Positions 1 through 9,383 of a DNA stretch of 64,000 nucleotides are shown piece by piece (position 1 is the stretch's first letter; the number at the start of each line of letters is the position of its first letter). Origin of the DNA: Flavobacteriaceae bacterium (GTDB lineage: Bacteria; Bacteroidota; Bacteroidia; Flavobacteriales; Flavobacteriaceae); contig JAKIUU010000006.1 of the NCBI GenBank assembly GCA_021647405.1, positions 30,148-94,147 of the forward strand. The letters are read 5' to 3'. The notes under the pieces were generated by a model, which saw only the letters and a list, made by a program, of their open reading frames with translations, was not told where the DNA came from and searched no databases. The position numbers were made by a program, and so were the translations under genes.

Positions 1-91
1 GTTTCATTTTAATTTATTTTCCCTTCGGTTTTTCTCTCTACATTGCTCCCGCCTAAGTCGGGCAGACAGAATGACATTGCTCAGGGTAACA

Positions 92-1042
92 TTATTTAAT
101 ATTTTCTAAAATTTTCTTCAACACAATTTGCGCAGAAAATGTTCTGTTATTGGCTTGCGCAATAACAATTGAATTTTGAGAATCTAACACATCATCGGCA
201 ACCACAACATTTCTTCTAACAGGTAAACAGTGCATAAACTTGGCGTTGTTTGTCAGTTTCATTTTATGGGTAGTTATCATCCAATCGGCATCGGTTTTTA
301 AAATTTCTCCATACTTTTTATAGGCACTCCAATTTTTAACATAGATAAAATCGGCATTTTGAAAGGCTTTATCCTGATTGTATTCTATACTTGCCTTCTT
401 GGTTATTTCTGAATCCAATTCATAACCTTTGGGATGTGTTATGACAAAATTAGCTTCTTGCAACTGCATCATTTCAATAAAAGAATTGGCCACAGCATGC
501 GGTAATGCTTTGGGATGTGGCGCCCAAGACAATACAACTTTGGGTTTCTTTAGCGCTTTAAATTCTTCAATGGTAATGGCGTCAGCCAATGCCTGTAGTG
601 GATGCCCTTTGGCGCTTTCCATATTGATTATAGGAACATTGGCATATTTTAAAAAGCCATTAATCACCTCATCTTGACAGTCTTTTTCTCTATCTTTTAA
701 CTTGGCAAAAGCCCTTACAGCTATCACATCACAATACTGAGAAACGACTTGAGCTGCCTCTTTGATATGTTCTGAATTTGAGTCTTTCATAACCGTGCCA
801 TCTTCAAATTCTAGCGCCCAACCATCGCTCCCAAAATTCATTACCATAACATCCATCCCCAAATTTATGGCGGCTTTTTGAGTGCTCAATCGGGTTCTTA
901 AACTTGGATTAAAAAACAACAGACCCAATGTTTTATGCTTCCCCAAACCTTTGTGTTTTGTAGGGTTACCTTTTAAATCAATAGCTTCTTCTATTGTTTT
1001 TTGAATGTCTTTAACATCCGATATGTTTATAAAATTATTCAT
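92..1042 (-). CDS. argF: N-acyl-L-ornithine carbamoyltransferase (acetyl/succinyl-ornithine transcarbamylase branch)
   Basis: 316-aa ORF. It has the carbamoyl-phosphate motif SLRTR near the N-terminus and HCLPVRRN near the C-terminus. It overlaps argD by 8 nt inside an arg operon. Confidence 0.85.
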   Translation of the reverse strand: MNNFINISDVKDIQKTIEEAIDLKGNPTKHKGLGKHKTLGLLFFNPSLRTRLSTQKAAINLGMDVMVMNFGSDGWALEFEDGTVMKDSNSEHIKEAAQVVSQYCDVIAVRAFAKLKDREKDCQDEVINGFLKYANVPIINMESAKGHPLQALADAITIEEFKALKKPKVVLSWAPHPKALPHAVANSFIEMMQLQEANFVITHPKGYELDSEITKKASIEYNQDKAFQNADFIYVKNWSAYKKYGEILKTDADWMITTHKMKLTNNAKFMHCLPVRRNVVVADDVLDSQNSIVIAQANNRTFSAQIVLKKILENIK

Positions 1043-2165
1043 CTAACAAACTTTTTAAGGCCTTTATAAAAATGGCGATATGTTCTTTATTTATATTTAA
1101 GGGTGGTAAAATTCGCAACAGATTTTTATTGTTAGATCCGCCCGTAAAAATGTGTTTGTCGAAAATTAATTTCTTTCTCAGCTCACCTACTTCAAAATCA
1201 AATTCTAAACCCAACATTAAGCCCTTTCCTTTAACTTTTTTAACTTTTGAAATACTTTTGATCTCTTCTAAAAAATACCTATTAACTTCATTTACATTGG
1301 CTAATAATTGTTCTTTTTTAATGACATCTAATACCGAAATTGCAGCTGTACACGCCAAATGATTGCCACCAAAAGTAGTGCCCAACATGCCGAATTTGGC
1401 TTTGTGTTTTTTATGAATTAAAGTACCTCCAATAGGAAATCCATTGCCCATCCCTTTGGCTGTGGTAATAATATCGGGTTGGATATTATGGTGCTGAAAG
1501 GCAAAAAATTGGCCACTTCGGCCATAACCTGATTGAATTTCGTCTAAAATTAACAAAACCTCCTTTTTATTGCACACTTCTTGAAGTGCCTTAAAAAATT
1601 CAGTTGTGCCTTCATCTAAACCACCAACCCCCTGAATACCTTCAACAATTACTGCTGCTACATCGCCCTCTTGTAATTCTTGCCTAACCAATCCAATGGC
1701 ATTCAGGGGTAAGAAAGTGGTTTTTTGTTGTTTATTTAATGGCGCGTTAATTTTTTTATTATCGGTTGCTGCTACTGCTGCCGAGGTGCGTCCGTGAAAA
1801 CTATTTTTAAAAGCCACAATTCTGCTTTTACCTGTTTTAAAGGAAGCTAATTTTAGGGCGTTTTCATTGGCTTCGGCACCCGAATTACACAAAAATAAAT
1901 TGTAATTCTCGCAACCTGAAACCGCTCCTAATTTCCGTGCTAATTCTTGCTGCAACGGATTTTGAATGGAGTTTGAATAAAAGCCCATTTTAATTAACTG
2001 CTCTGTTAATGTAGCAACATATTCTGGGTGGGTATGGCCAATTGAAATAACGCCATGACCCCCATATAAATCTAAATATTTTGTGTTGTTTTTATCCCAG
2101 ACATAAGCGCCTTTTGCTTTTACAGGCGTCACGTCATAAAGCGGATATACGTTGAATAGGTCCAT
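1035..2165 (-). CDS. argD: N-acyl-ornithine aminotransferase (class III PLP aminotransferase)
   Basis: 376 aa. Motifs include LDEIQSGYGRSG and TTAKGMGNGFP (PLP-lysine region). Arg operon context. Confidence 0.85.
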   Translation of the reverse strand: MDLFNVYPLYDVTPVKAKGAYVWDKNNTKYLDLYGGHGVISIGHTHPEYVATLTEQLIKMGFYSNSIQNPLQQELARKLGAVSGCENYNLFLCNSGAEANENALKLASFKTGKSRIVAFKNSFHGRTSAAVAATDNKKINAPLNKQQKTTFLPLNAIGLVRQELQEGDVAAVIVEGIQGVGGLDEGTTEFFKALQEVCNKKEVLLILDEIQSGYGRSGQFFAFQHHNIQPDIITTAKGMGNGFPIGGTLIHKKHKAKFGMLGTTFGGNHLACTAAISVLDVIKKEQLLANVNEVNRYFLEEIKSISKVKKVKGKGLMLGLEFDFEVGELRKKLIFDKHIFTGGSNNKNLLRILPPLNINKEHIAIFIKALKSLLDE

Positions 2166-2168
2166 AAT

Positions 2169-2963
2169 TTAAATTTTATTTATTTTTTCAAACGACGTTA
2201 CCAAACCTTTTATTAAAGCGGCACTTAAACCCTGTTGTTCCATTTCGTTTAAACCCGAAATGGTACAACCACTTGGTGTGGTTACTTTATCAATTTCTTG
2301 TTCTGGATGATTACCCGATTCTACCAATAAACTCGCCGAACCTAAACAGGTGTACATAGCCAATTCTTGGGCTTTTTTAGCTTCAAACCCCAATTGAACG
2401 GCTCCTTGCGCTGTAGCGCGGATGAGGCGCATCCAAAAAGCAATACCACTGGCGCAAATGACGGTGGCTGATTGCATCAACTTTTCATCAATACACATTG
2501 TGGTACCCAAGGCTCCAAAAATTGTTTTGGCTATGTTTATTTTTTTAATGCCTTTTTTATTAGCACTCAAACAGGTCATAGATTGTCCAACGGCTATAGC
2601 CGTATTGGGCATACTTCTAATAATGCCGATTTCGTTACCCAATACCTGTTCGATTTCGGCTATCTTTCTACCTGTTACACACGAAATCACCGTATGTTTT
2701 TCTGAGTCTAAAACCGTTTTAATTTCTTCTAACACATTTTGTAATTGATTGGGTTGTACCGTTATTAATATGATATCTGAATCTGTGATTGCTTTTTTGT
2801 TATCCGATAAAATTGCCACTTTTGACAATTTTTGAAGTGCTGATAAAGAGCTTGTATTCCTTTTGGTTAAATACAATTGCTCGTAATTAAATTGACTCTG
2901 ATTCAATATACCAAGTGCAATTGAATATCCTAAATTTCCTACTCCTATAATGGCTATTTTCAT
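2169..2963 (-). CDS. proC: pyrroline-5-carboxylate reductase
   Basis: 264 aa. N-terminal Rossmann motif IAIIGVGNLG and a C-terminal VTTPSGCTISGL P5CR signature. Confidence 0.85.
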   Translation of the reverse strand: MKIAIIGVGNLGYSIALGILNQSQFNYEQLYLTKRNTSSLSALQKLSKVAILSDNKKAITDSDIILITVQPNQLQNVLEEIKTVLDSEKHTVISCVTGRKIAEIEQVLGNEIGIIRSMPNTAIAVGQSMTCLSANKKGIKKINIAKTIFGALGTTMCIDEKLMQSATVICASGIAFWMRLIRATAQGAVQLGFEAKKAQELAMYTCLGSASLLVESGNHPEQEIDKVTTPSGCTISGLNEMEQQGLSAALIKGLVTSFEKINKI

Positions 2964-2974
2964 GTTTTAAAATT

Positions 2975-3952
2975 TTAAAATGATGTCGCTTTTAAGTGCA
3001 AACCCTCTGTTTGTTTAAATCCAAAAATCAGGTTCATATTCTGAATGGCCTGCCCAGAGGCGCCTTTTAATAAATTGTCAATAACCGAAGTAATTAACAA
3101 TGTGCCCTTGTGTTTTTCTAAATGGATAAAACAGTTGTTTGTGTTTACAACTTGTTTTAAATGAACAGGAATTTTTGAGATATGTGTAAAAGGGGCTTCC
3201 TTATAAAAATCTTCAAATAATTGAAAAGCCTCTTCTATACTTTTGTCGAAATCTAAATAGACAGAAGCAAAAATACCGCGGCTAAAATTCCCCCTATTGG
3301 GGATGAAAAACAAAGCCTCAGAAAAGTCTTTTTGCAAGCTTAGCAAACTTTCGCTTATTTCGTCTAAATGCTGATGCGTAAAGGCTTTATATAGCGAAAA
3401 ATTATTATCTCTCCAGCTAAAGTGTGTTGTGTTACTTGGCGACACTCCTGCTCCTGTTGCCCCCGTTGTGGCATTAATATGCACTGCGCTTTTTAACAAA
3501 TTATGTTTTGCCAATGGCAATAAAGCCAACTGGATTGCTGTTGCAAAACAACCCGGATTGGCAATATAATGCGCATTTTTGATGTTGTTTTTTTGCAATT
3601 CAGGAAGGCCATAAACAAACTCTTTTCCTTGAAAAACAGCCTCTTTTTTCAATCTAAAGTCATTGCTTAAATCGATTATCTTCGTGGTTTTAGAAAACTG
3701 ATTTTCTTCTAAAAACTTTTTCGAATGGCCGTGACCCAAACACAAAAATAAAACACCGATTTCTGTATTTACAGTAGCTGTAAATTTTAAATCTATTGCA
3801 CCCAATAAATCTTGATGCACATTGTAAATATAATTCCCTGCATTTGAAGTACTGTACACAAAATCAAGTTCAATTTTTGAATGGTTAATTACCAATCTAA
3901 TCAACTCGCCTGCGGTGTAACCAGCACCCCCTACTATTCCTACTTTAATCAT
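2975..3952 (-). CDS. argC: N-acyl-gamma-glutamyl-phosphate reductase
   Basis: 325 aa. N-terminal GGAGYTAGE NAD-binding motif and the catalytic-Cys motif ANPGCFAT. 4-nt overlap with argG. Confidence 0.9.
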   Translation of the reverse strand: MIKVGIVGGAGYTAGELIRLVINHSKIELDFVYSTSNAGNYIYNVHQDLLGAIDLKFTATVNTEIGVLFLCLGHGHSKKFLEENQFSKTTKIIDLSNDFRLKKEAVFQGKEFVYGLPELQKNNIKNAHYIANPGCFATAIQLALLPLAKHNLLKSAVHINATTGATGAGVSPSNTTHFSWRDNNFSLYKAFTHQHLDEISESLLSLQKDFSEALFFIPNRGNFSRGIFASVYLDFDKSIEEAFQLFEDFYKEAPFTHISKIPVHLKQVVNTNNCFIHLEKHKGTLLITSVIDNLLKGASGQAIQNMNLIFGFKQTEGLHLKATSF

Positions 3953-5136
3953 AATTCTGAATTTACGTTGTGGTAAATTTTATTTGCTGTCCCCAAAATT
4001 TTAATAAATCCTTTGGCATCAGCAGCAGTCCAAGCTTTATTGGTTTCGCCATATTCTCCAAATTTAGATTTCATCAAATCGTGTTTAGATTCAATACCGT
4101 TTACACTAAAGTGATAGGGTTTTAAAGTTATATAAACTTCTCCCGTAACTGTTTTTTGAGAATTGGTCAAAAAGGCTTCAATATTTCGCATTACAGGTTC
4201 AAAATATTGTCCCTCATGCAATAACATACCATACCAACTGCCCAATTGTTCTTTCAGGTTTTGTTGCCATTTAGACAGCACATGTTTTTCTAAAGTGTGA
4301 TGTGCCTTAATAGTAACTACTGCAGCCGCGGCCTCAAAACCTACGCGCCCTTTAATCCCTACAATGGTATCGCCCACATGAATATCGCGGCCAATAGCGT
4401 ATTTTGAAGCCATCTCTTCTAACTTTAAAATGGTATTTACCGAAGTGTCATATTCATCGTTTAAACCAATTATCTCTCCTTTTTTAAAATGCAATTTTAT
4501 ATCCGTTGGTTGTGTTTTTTCCAATTGGCTTGGATAAGCTTCTTCGGGCAGGGCCTGATGAGAGGTTAGTGTTTCAACACCCCCCACACTGGTGCCCCAA
4601 ATACCTTTATTAATAGAGTATTTTGCTTTTTCCCAAGGGTAATCGACGCCATTATCTTTTAAATAAGCTATTTCTGCTTGCCTAGATAATTTTAAATCTC
4701 TGATAGGCGTGATGATATCAATCTCAGGAGCCAATGTTTGAAAAATCATATCAAACCGTACTTGGTCATTCCCTGCGCCTGTACTGCCATGGGCAATATA
4801 TTTTGCGCCAACTTTTTTGGCGTATTCTACCACTTCAATGGCTTGAAATACTCTTTCGGCACTCACAGAAAGCGGATAGGTATTGTTCTTAAGAACATTG
4901 CCAAACACCATATATTTAATGGCTTTGTTATAATATTCTTCTAAAATATTTTTATTGATGTGTGACGTTACACCCATTTCATAGGCCTTTTTTTCGACTT
5001 CCTTTAATTCACTATCAGAAAACCCGCCTGTATTTACAAGTACACTATGCACCTCTAAATTCAACTCATTTATTAAATATTTTACACAATATGAGGTGTC
5101 TAAACCACCACTATATGCCAGTACTACTTTTTCCAT
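3949..5136 (-). CDS. argG: argininosuccinate synthase
   Basis: 395 aa. AYSGGLDTS ATP-pyrophosphatase motif and the expected length. Confidence 0.9.
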   Translation of the reverse strand: MEKVVLAYSGGLDTSYCVKYLINELNLEVHSVLVNTGGFSDSELKEVEKKAYEMGVTSHINKNILEEYYNKAIKYMVFGNVLKNNTYPLSVSAERVFQAIEVVEYAKKVGAKYIAHGSTGAGNDQVRFDMIFQTLAPEIDIITPIRDLKLSRQAEIAYLKDNGVDYPWEKAKYSINKGIWGTSVGGVETLTSHQALPEEAYPSQLEKTQPTDIKLHFKKGEIIGLNDEYDTSVNTILKLEEMASKYAIGRDIHVGDTIVGIKGRVGFEAAAAVVTIKAHHTLEKHVLSKWQQNLKEQLGSWYGMLLHEGQYFEPVMRNIEAFLTNSQKTVTGEVYITLKPYHFSVNGIESKHDLMKSKFGEYGETNKAWTAADAKGFIKILGTANKIYHNVNSEL

Positions 5137-5137
5137 T

Positions 5138-5755
5138 TTATTTATTGTTTTTTTTAAGAAATAAGGTCTGCTTAATTTTTTTTAACCTACTTAATACTTT
5201 AGAACTGTACTTGCGTTCGTTTAATTTTTTATTATGACTTGGGTTGTATAACATGCCTGTACACAAACACATCTTTTTATTTGTGCGCATTAAAACATCG
5301 TAATTACTACAGGTTTTACAACCATCCCAAAAATATTCGTCTTTGGTTATCTCAGAAAATGTTACTGGATGATAGCCCAATTCGTAATTAATTTTCATCA
5401 CAGCAAGTCCAGTGGTAATGCCAAATATTTTAGCCTCAGGGTACCTCTCTTTTGAATATTCTAAAATTTTCTTTTTGATTTTTTTTGCCAATCCTTGGTT
5501 TCTAAAATCAGGATGGACTATGAGTCCCGAATTCACCACAAATTCTTTGTTATCCCAAGTTTCGATATAACAAAATCCAGCAAACATATTTTTATCAAGT
5601 GCAATTATTGCATTGCCATTCTGAATCTTTTCAGTAATATATTCGGGGGTTCTTAAGGCAATACCTGTTCCCCTAACCTTGGCAGATTCTGCTATGGTTT
5701 TACAAATTAACGCCGCATATTTAATATGCGATTTACCAGCTATAACAACTTTCAT
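5138..5755 (-). CDS. GNAT-family acyltransferase with a Cys-rich, basic C-terminal tail; first gene of the arg operon
   Basis: 205 aa. It has a GNAT-like core (RNQGLAKKIKKKILE acyl-CoA loop). The C-terminal roughly 60 aa contain CKTC...CLC and a Lys/Arg-rich tail. Its stop lies 1 nt before the argG start. Confidence 0.7.
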   Translation of the reverse strand: MKVVIAGKSHIKYAALICKTIAESAKVRGTGIALRTPEYITEKIQNGNAIIALDKNMFAGFCYIETWDNKEFVVNSGLIVHPDFRNQGLAKKIKKKILEYSKERYPEAKIFGITTGLAVMKINYELGYHPVTFSEITKDEYFWDGCKTCSNYDVLMRTNKKMCLCTGMLYNPSHNKKLNERKYSSKVLSRLKKIKQTLFLKKNNK

Positions 5756-5835
5756 TGTTTTACTTTTTAATTAAGATTTAAATATTTTTTTTGTTTTTTA
5801 AAAGGGAAAACGGACACACCATTTTCAAAAGTATA

Positions 5836-5874
5836 TTACGCCCAAAAGGGGCGGCGGCGCGGAGAAAAGCGCAC
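5836..5874 (-). promoter_or_regulatory. second CGC-CGC-CGC mini-ORF (VRFSPRRRPFWA*; GTG start at 5874 or TTG start at 5940)
   Basis: The same 9-mer CGCCGCCGC recurs exactly 150 nt downstream of the first, in the same frame, and again ends in TAA 4 codons later. It overlaps a small hairpin, CGCCC-CUUUU-GGGCG. Confidence 0.2.
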
Positions 5875-5988
5875 AACAACAGCATCTGAATTAAATGAAT
5901 TCTGATTTAAAAAGTATGATTTGTAAGGTAAAAGTTGCAAAATAATGAAAAAAATGAAAATTAATAAACTGTTTTTTGTTCTGTGAAA

Positions 5989-6066
5989 TTAGCGTACACA
6001 GCGGCGGCGGATACCCATGCTGGGTCTCGGAAAACGAACAGTTATATTTGAAGTATGTATTTTCAT
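5989..6066 (-). promoter_or_regulatory. candidate Arg-rich leader peptide ORF (MKIHTSNITVRFPRPSMGIRRRCVR*)
   Basis: 25-codon ATG ORF, 234 nt upstream of the arg operon start. Six of its codons are Arg, including CGC-CGC-CGC followed by another CGC two codons later. The GC-rich 9-mer stands out in an AT-rich spacer. Confidence 0.3.
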
Positions 6067-6106
6067 TGGTGCAATATTACATAAAAAATTGGTACTTAAA
6101 AACATT

Positions 6107-7369
6107 TTAAACTAAAAATTGAAATAAGTCAGGGTTTTCGTTTAGATATTCCCCTAAAAACCCTTTTTCTTTCATTCTGGCAACTAAAGGATTAAAATCA
6201 TCATTCGATTCTAATTCAATACCAACCACTGCTGGCCCTTTAGACCGGTTATGCTTTTTGGTATATTCAAAATAAGCAATGTCATCATTTGGTCCCAAAA
6301 CATCTACTACAAATTCTTTTAAAGCACCTGAACGTTGCGGAAATTGAATTATAAAATAATGTTTTAAGCCCTCGTATAACAAAGCCCGTTCTTTCATTTC
6401 TTCCATACGGGTAATGTCATTATTACCACCACTTACCACACAAACTACTGTCTTTCCTTTTATTTGTTCTTTATACTTTTCGAGTGCTGCTATAGACAAT
6501 GCACCGGCGGGTTCAACCACCAAAGCATTTTCGTTATACACTTTTAAAATAGTTGAACATATCAGTCCTTCGCTAATGGTATGCGTATCATACAATAAAT
6601 CTTTACAAAATTCAAATGTCAAATCACCCATGCGTTTAACGGCAGCCCCATCAACAAATTTATCAATCTTTGCCAGCGTGGTATTCTTATTATTTCTTAA
6701 AGATGTTGTTAAAGAGGGGGCTCCTTTTGGTTCAACACCTATTATTTTTGTTTCAGGACTCAGATCCTTAAACACACTCGAAACGCCCGAAGCCAAGCCC
6801 CCTCCACCAACTGGCAACATAACAAAGTCAATAGGTTCTTTACTCTCACTTAAAATTTCAAGACCAATAGTACCCTGACCTGCAATAACATCTAAATCAT
6901 CAAAAGGATGTACAAAAGTGCTGTTATGAGTTTGACAAAATTTATTGGCTGCCAACTGGCTATCGTCAAAACTGTCGCCAAAAAGTTTTACCTCAACATA
7001 TAAACCCCCAAACATTTTTACCTGATCAATTTTTTGATGTGGCGTTGTTACAGGCATAAATATGACTCCTTTTACTTTTAATTTATTACAGGCAAATGCC
7101 ACCCCTTGCGCGTGATTACCAGCGCTTGCACAAACAATTCCGTTTTTTAATTCCTCTTTTGTTAAACCCTGAATTTTATTAAAAGCTCCTCTAATTTTAT
7201 ACGAGCGCACCACTTGTAAATCTTCTCTTTTAAAATAAATATTCGCTTGGTAGCGTTCAGAAAAGTTTTTTATATACATCAACGGCGTTTGTGCTACAAC
7301 GCCTTTAATATTATGCTGCGCTTTGTAAAAACTTTCTAGCGAAAGGTTATTTTGGGTAGATGTGATCAT
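6107..7369 (-). CDS. ilvA: threonine ammonia-lyase (biosynthetic threonine dehydratase)
   Basis: 420 aa. PLP-lysine motif SYKIRGA, GGGGL glycine loop, and a C-terminal ACT-like regulatory domain. Last gene of the ilv operon. Confidence 0.9.
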   Translation of the reverse strand: MITSTQNNLSLESFYKAQHNIKGVVAQTPLMYIKNFSERYQANIYFKREDLQVVRSYKIRGAFNKIQGLTKEELKNGIVCASAGNHAQGVAFACNKLKVKGVIFMPVTTPHQKIDQVKMFGGLYVEVKLFGDSFDDSQLAANKFCQTHNSTFVHPFDDLDVIAGQGTIGLEILSESKEPIDFVMLPVGGGGLASGVSSVFKDLSPETKIIGVEPKGAPSLTTSLRNNKNTTLAKIDKFVDGAAVKRMGDLTFEFCKDLLYDTHTISEGLICSTILKVYNENALVVEPAGALSIAALEKYKEQIKGKTVVCVVSGGNNDITRMEEMKERALLYEGLKHYFIIQFPQRSGALKEFVVDVLGPNDDIAYFEYTKKHNRSKGPAVVGIELESNDDFNPLVARMKEKGFLGEYLNENPDLFQFLV

Positions 7370-8844
7370 TAAACTATTTTTATCATGGCAGTCATTGATT
7401 CTCTTAAATCATAACCAATTATCTCTATGGGATGAAATCTAATGGCTTCATTAATTTCTATTAATTCTTTGTTATCCACATGATTGTCTTGTCCTTCTCC
7501 AAAATGATTTCCGATAACATCCGCTTCAATATTTTTCATAAAATCGGCTAACAAAGGTTTACAGCTATGGTCAAACAAATAACAGCCATATTCTGCTGTA
7601 TCAGAAATAATCCTATTCATTTCATATAGTTTTTTACGTGCAATGGTATTGGCAATTAGCGGTACTTCGTGAAGCGACTCGTAATAGGCCGATTCTTCTT
7701 TTATACCTGCTTCAGTCATGGTTTCAAAGGCCAATTCAACGCCCGATTTTACAAAAGCTATCATTAAAACAGCATTGTCAAAATAGGCTTGTTCAGAAAT
7801 TTCTTCTTTACAAGCTTCTGTTTTTTCAAAATCAGTTTCACCTGTTTCGGCACGCCACTCTAATAGATTTTTATCGCCATTAGCCCAATCTTCCATCATT
7901 GTTTTAGAAAATTCTCCGCTCATAATATCGTCCATGTGTTTTTGGAAAAGTGGCCGCATTATGTGCTTTAATTCTTCCGACAAATTATACGCTTTTACTT
8001 TGGCAGGATTAGATAAACGGTCCATCATATTTGTAATACCACCGTGCTTTAATGCTTCGGTAATAACTTCCCACCCATTCTGAATCAGTTTTGAAGCATA
8101 GCCAGATTCAACGCCTTTTTCAATCATTTTGTTAAACGATAAGATTGAAGCTGTTTGTAAAACACCACATAATATGGTTTGTTCGCCCATTAAATCTGAT
8201 TTTACCTCAGCCACAAAAGACGAGTGTAAAACACCTGCTTTATGACCTCCTGTAGCAGCGGCATAAGCTTTTACTATATCAAGGCCATCGCCATTAGGGT
8301 CGTTTTCTGGATGTACCGCTATTAAAGTTGGTACGCCAAAGCCACGTTTGTATTCTTCGCGAACTTCGGTTCCAGGCGATTTTGGTGCCACCATAATAAC
8401 GGTAATGTCTTTACGGATTTGCATGCCTTCTTCAACCATATTAAATCCGTGAGAATACGATAATGTTGCGCCTTCTTTCATCAAAGGCATTACAGCAGAA
8501 ACCACACTGGTGTGTTGTTTGTCTGGTGTTAGGTTCGAAACCAAATCGGCTGTTGGAATAAGTTCTTCGTAAGTACCTACTTTAAAATTATTTTCAACAG
8601 CATTTTTATACGATTGGCGTTTTTCTTTTATGGCTCCTTCGCGTAAAGCATACGAAACATCTAAACCTGAATCGCGCATGTTTAAACCCTGATTTAATCC
8701 TTGGGCACCACAGCCAACAATAACTATTTTTTTGTTCTTTAATTTTTTGACACCATTTGTAAATTCTGAAGTATCCATAAATTCACATTTCCCCAATTGT
8801 TCTAGTTGCAAACGCAGTGGAAGTGCGTTAAAATAATTTGCCAT
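7369..8844 (-). CDS. ilvC: ketol-acid reductoisomerase (long, class II form)
   Basis: 491 aa. [22 protein letters not shown]-binding motif, with length typical of class II KARI. Confidence 0.9.
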   Translation of the reverse strand: MANYFNALPLRLQLEQLGKCEFMDTSEFTNGVKKLKNKKIVIVGCGAQGLNQGLNMRDSGLDVSYALREGAIKEKRQSYKNAVENNFKVGTYEELIPTADLVSNLTPDKQHTSVVSAVMPLMKEGATLSYSHGFNMVEEGMQIRKDITVIMVAPKSPGTEVREEYKRGFGVPTLIAVHPENDPNGDGLDIVKAYAAATGGHKAGVLHSSFVAEVKSDLMGEQTILCGVLQTASILSFNKMIEKGVESGYASKLIQNGWEVITEALKHGGITNMMDRLSNPAKVKAYNLSEELKHIMRPLFQKHMDDIMSGEFSKTMMEDWANGDKNLLEWRAETGETDFEKTEACKEEISEQAYFDNAVLMIAFVKSGVELAFETMTEAGIKEESAYYESLHEVPLIANTIARKKLYEMNRIISDTAEYGCYLFDHSCKPLLADFMKNIEADVIGNHFGEGQDNHVDNKELIEINEAIRFHPIEIIGYDLRESMTAMIKIV

Positions 8845-8859
8845 TTTTTATTTTTTTAG

Positions 8860-9381
8860 TTAAATATTTTCTTGTAATAATTCTGAAATGGCCATTTTAG
8901 GCCTTGTTATTGCGATGCGTCCCGAACGTACAAATTGCAACAAACCATAAGGTTTTAACTTGTCGTACATTCTGTCAATATCTTCTTTTAGTCCTGAAGC
9001 TTCAATAACAAAATAACGCTCAGTTATTGTAACTATATGCGCACGTCTAAACTTGAATTTATTTTGAATATGTTCATCATACATAAACTTAGTTGAGATT
9101 TTAAACATGGCTGTTTCTTGATAAATAACCTCATCGTCTTTATGATAAAACGCTTTAATCACTTCAATCTGTTTCTCTAATTGTCCTACAACCTTTTTTA
9201 TTGAGGTTTCGGAAACGATTACCACAAAAGTAAAACGGTGCACATGATCGATTTCAGATTTAGAAACGGTCATGCTTTCAATGTTGATATGCCGCTTTAA
9301 AAAAATAGCTGAAAGGCGGTTTAGTATGCCAACATTATTTTCGGTGTAAACTGAAACTGTAAAATTTTGTTTTTCTTCCAT
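8860..9381 (-). CDS. ilvN: acetolactate synthase small (regulatory) subunit
   Basis: 173 aa. N-terminal ACT domain (VYTENNVGILNRLSAIF) and a position directly after ilvB. Confidence 0.85.
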   Translation of the reverse strand: MEEKQNFTVSVYTENNVGILNRLSAIFLKRHINIESMTVSKSEIDHVHRFTFVVIVSETSIKKVVGQLEKQIEVIKAFYHKDDEVIYQETAMFKISTKFMYDEHIQNKFKFRRAHIVTITERYFVIEASGLKEDIDRMYDKLKPYGLLQFVRSGRIAITRPKMAISELLQENI

Positions 9382-9383
9382 AA

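Noticed and set aside
1-91. A possible start of the next arg-operon gene (CAT at 5-7, which is ATG on the minus strand running off the window), plus a small GC hairpin in the 84-nt spacer.
   Set aside because: Only 7 nt of the putative gene are visible, so it cannot be supported. The hairpin has only a 4-bp stem.
429-677. Plus-strand 82-aa ORF inside argF'. There are many similar antisense ORFs in the track, for example 6414-6878, 11168-11497, 38720-39304, 45657-46046 and 62790-63032.
   Set aside because: Each lies entirely within, and opposite to, a long ORF with clear family motifs. Their compositions are low-complexity shadow translations. They were treated as non-coding.
5887-5909. TGAAT-TAAA-TGAAT-TCTG-ATTTA, which resembles ARG-box half-sites (TGAAT-N4-ATTCA), upstream of the arg operon.
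   Set aside because: The half-sites are direct rather than inverted. The best inverted alignment has a mismatch and a non-AT centre, and I do not know the Flavobacteriia ArgR motif. This is too weak to call.
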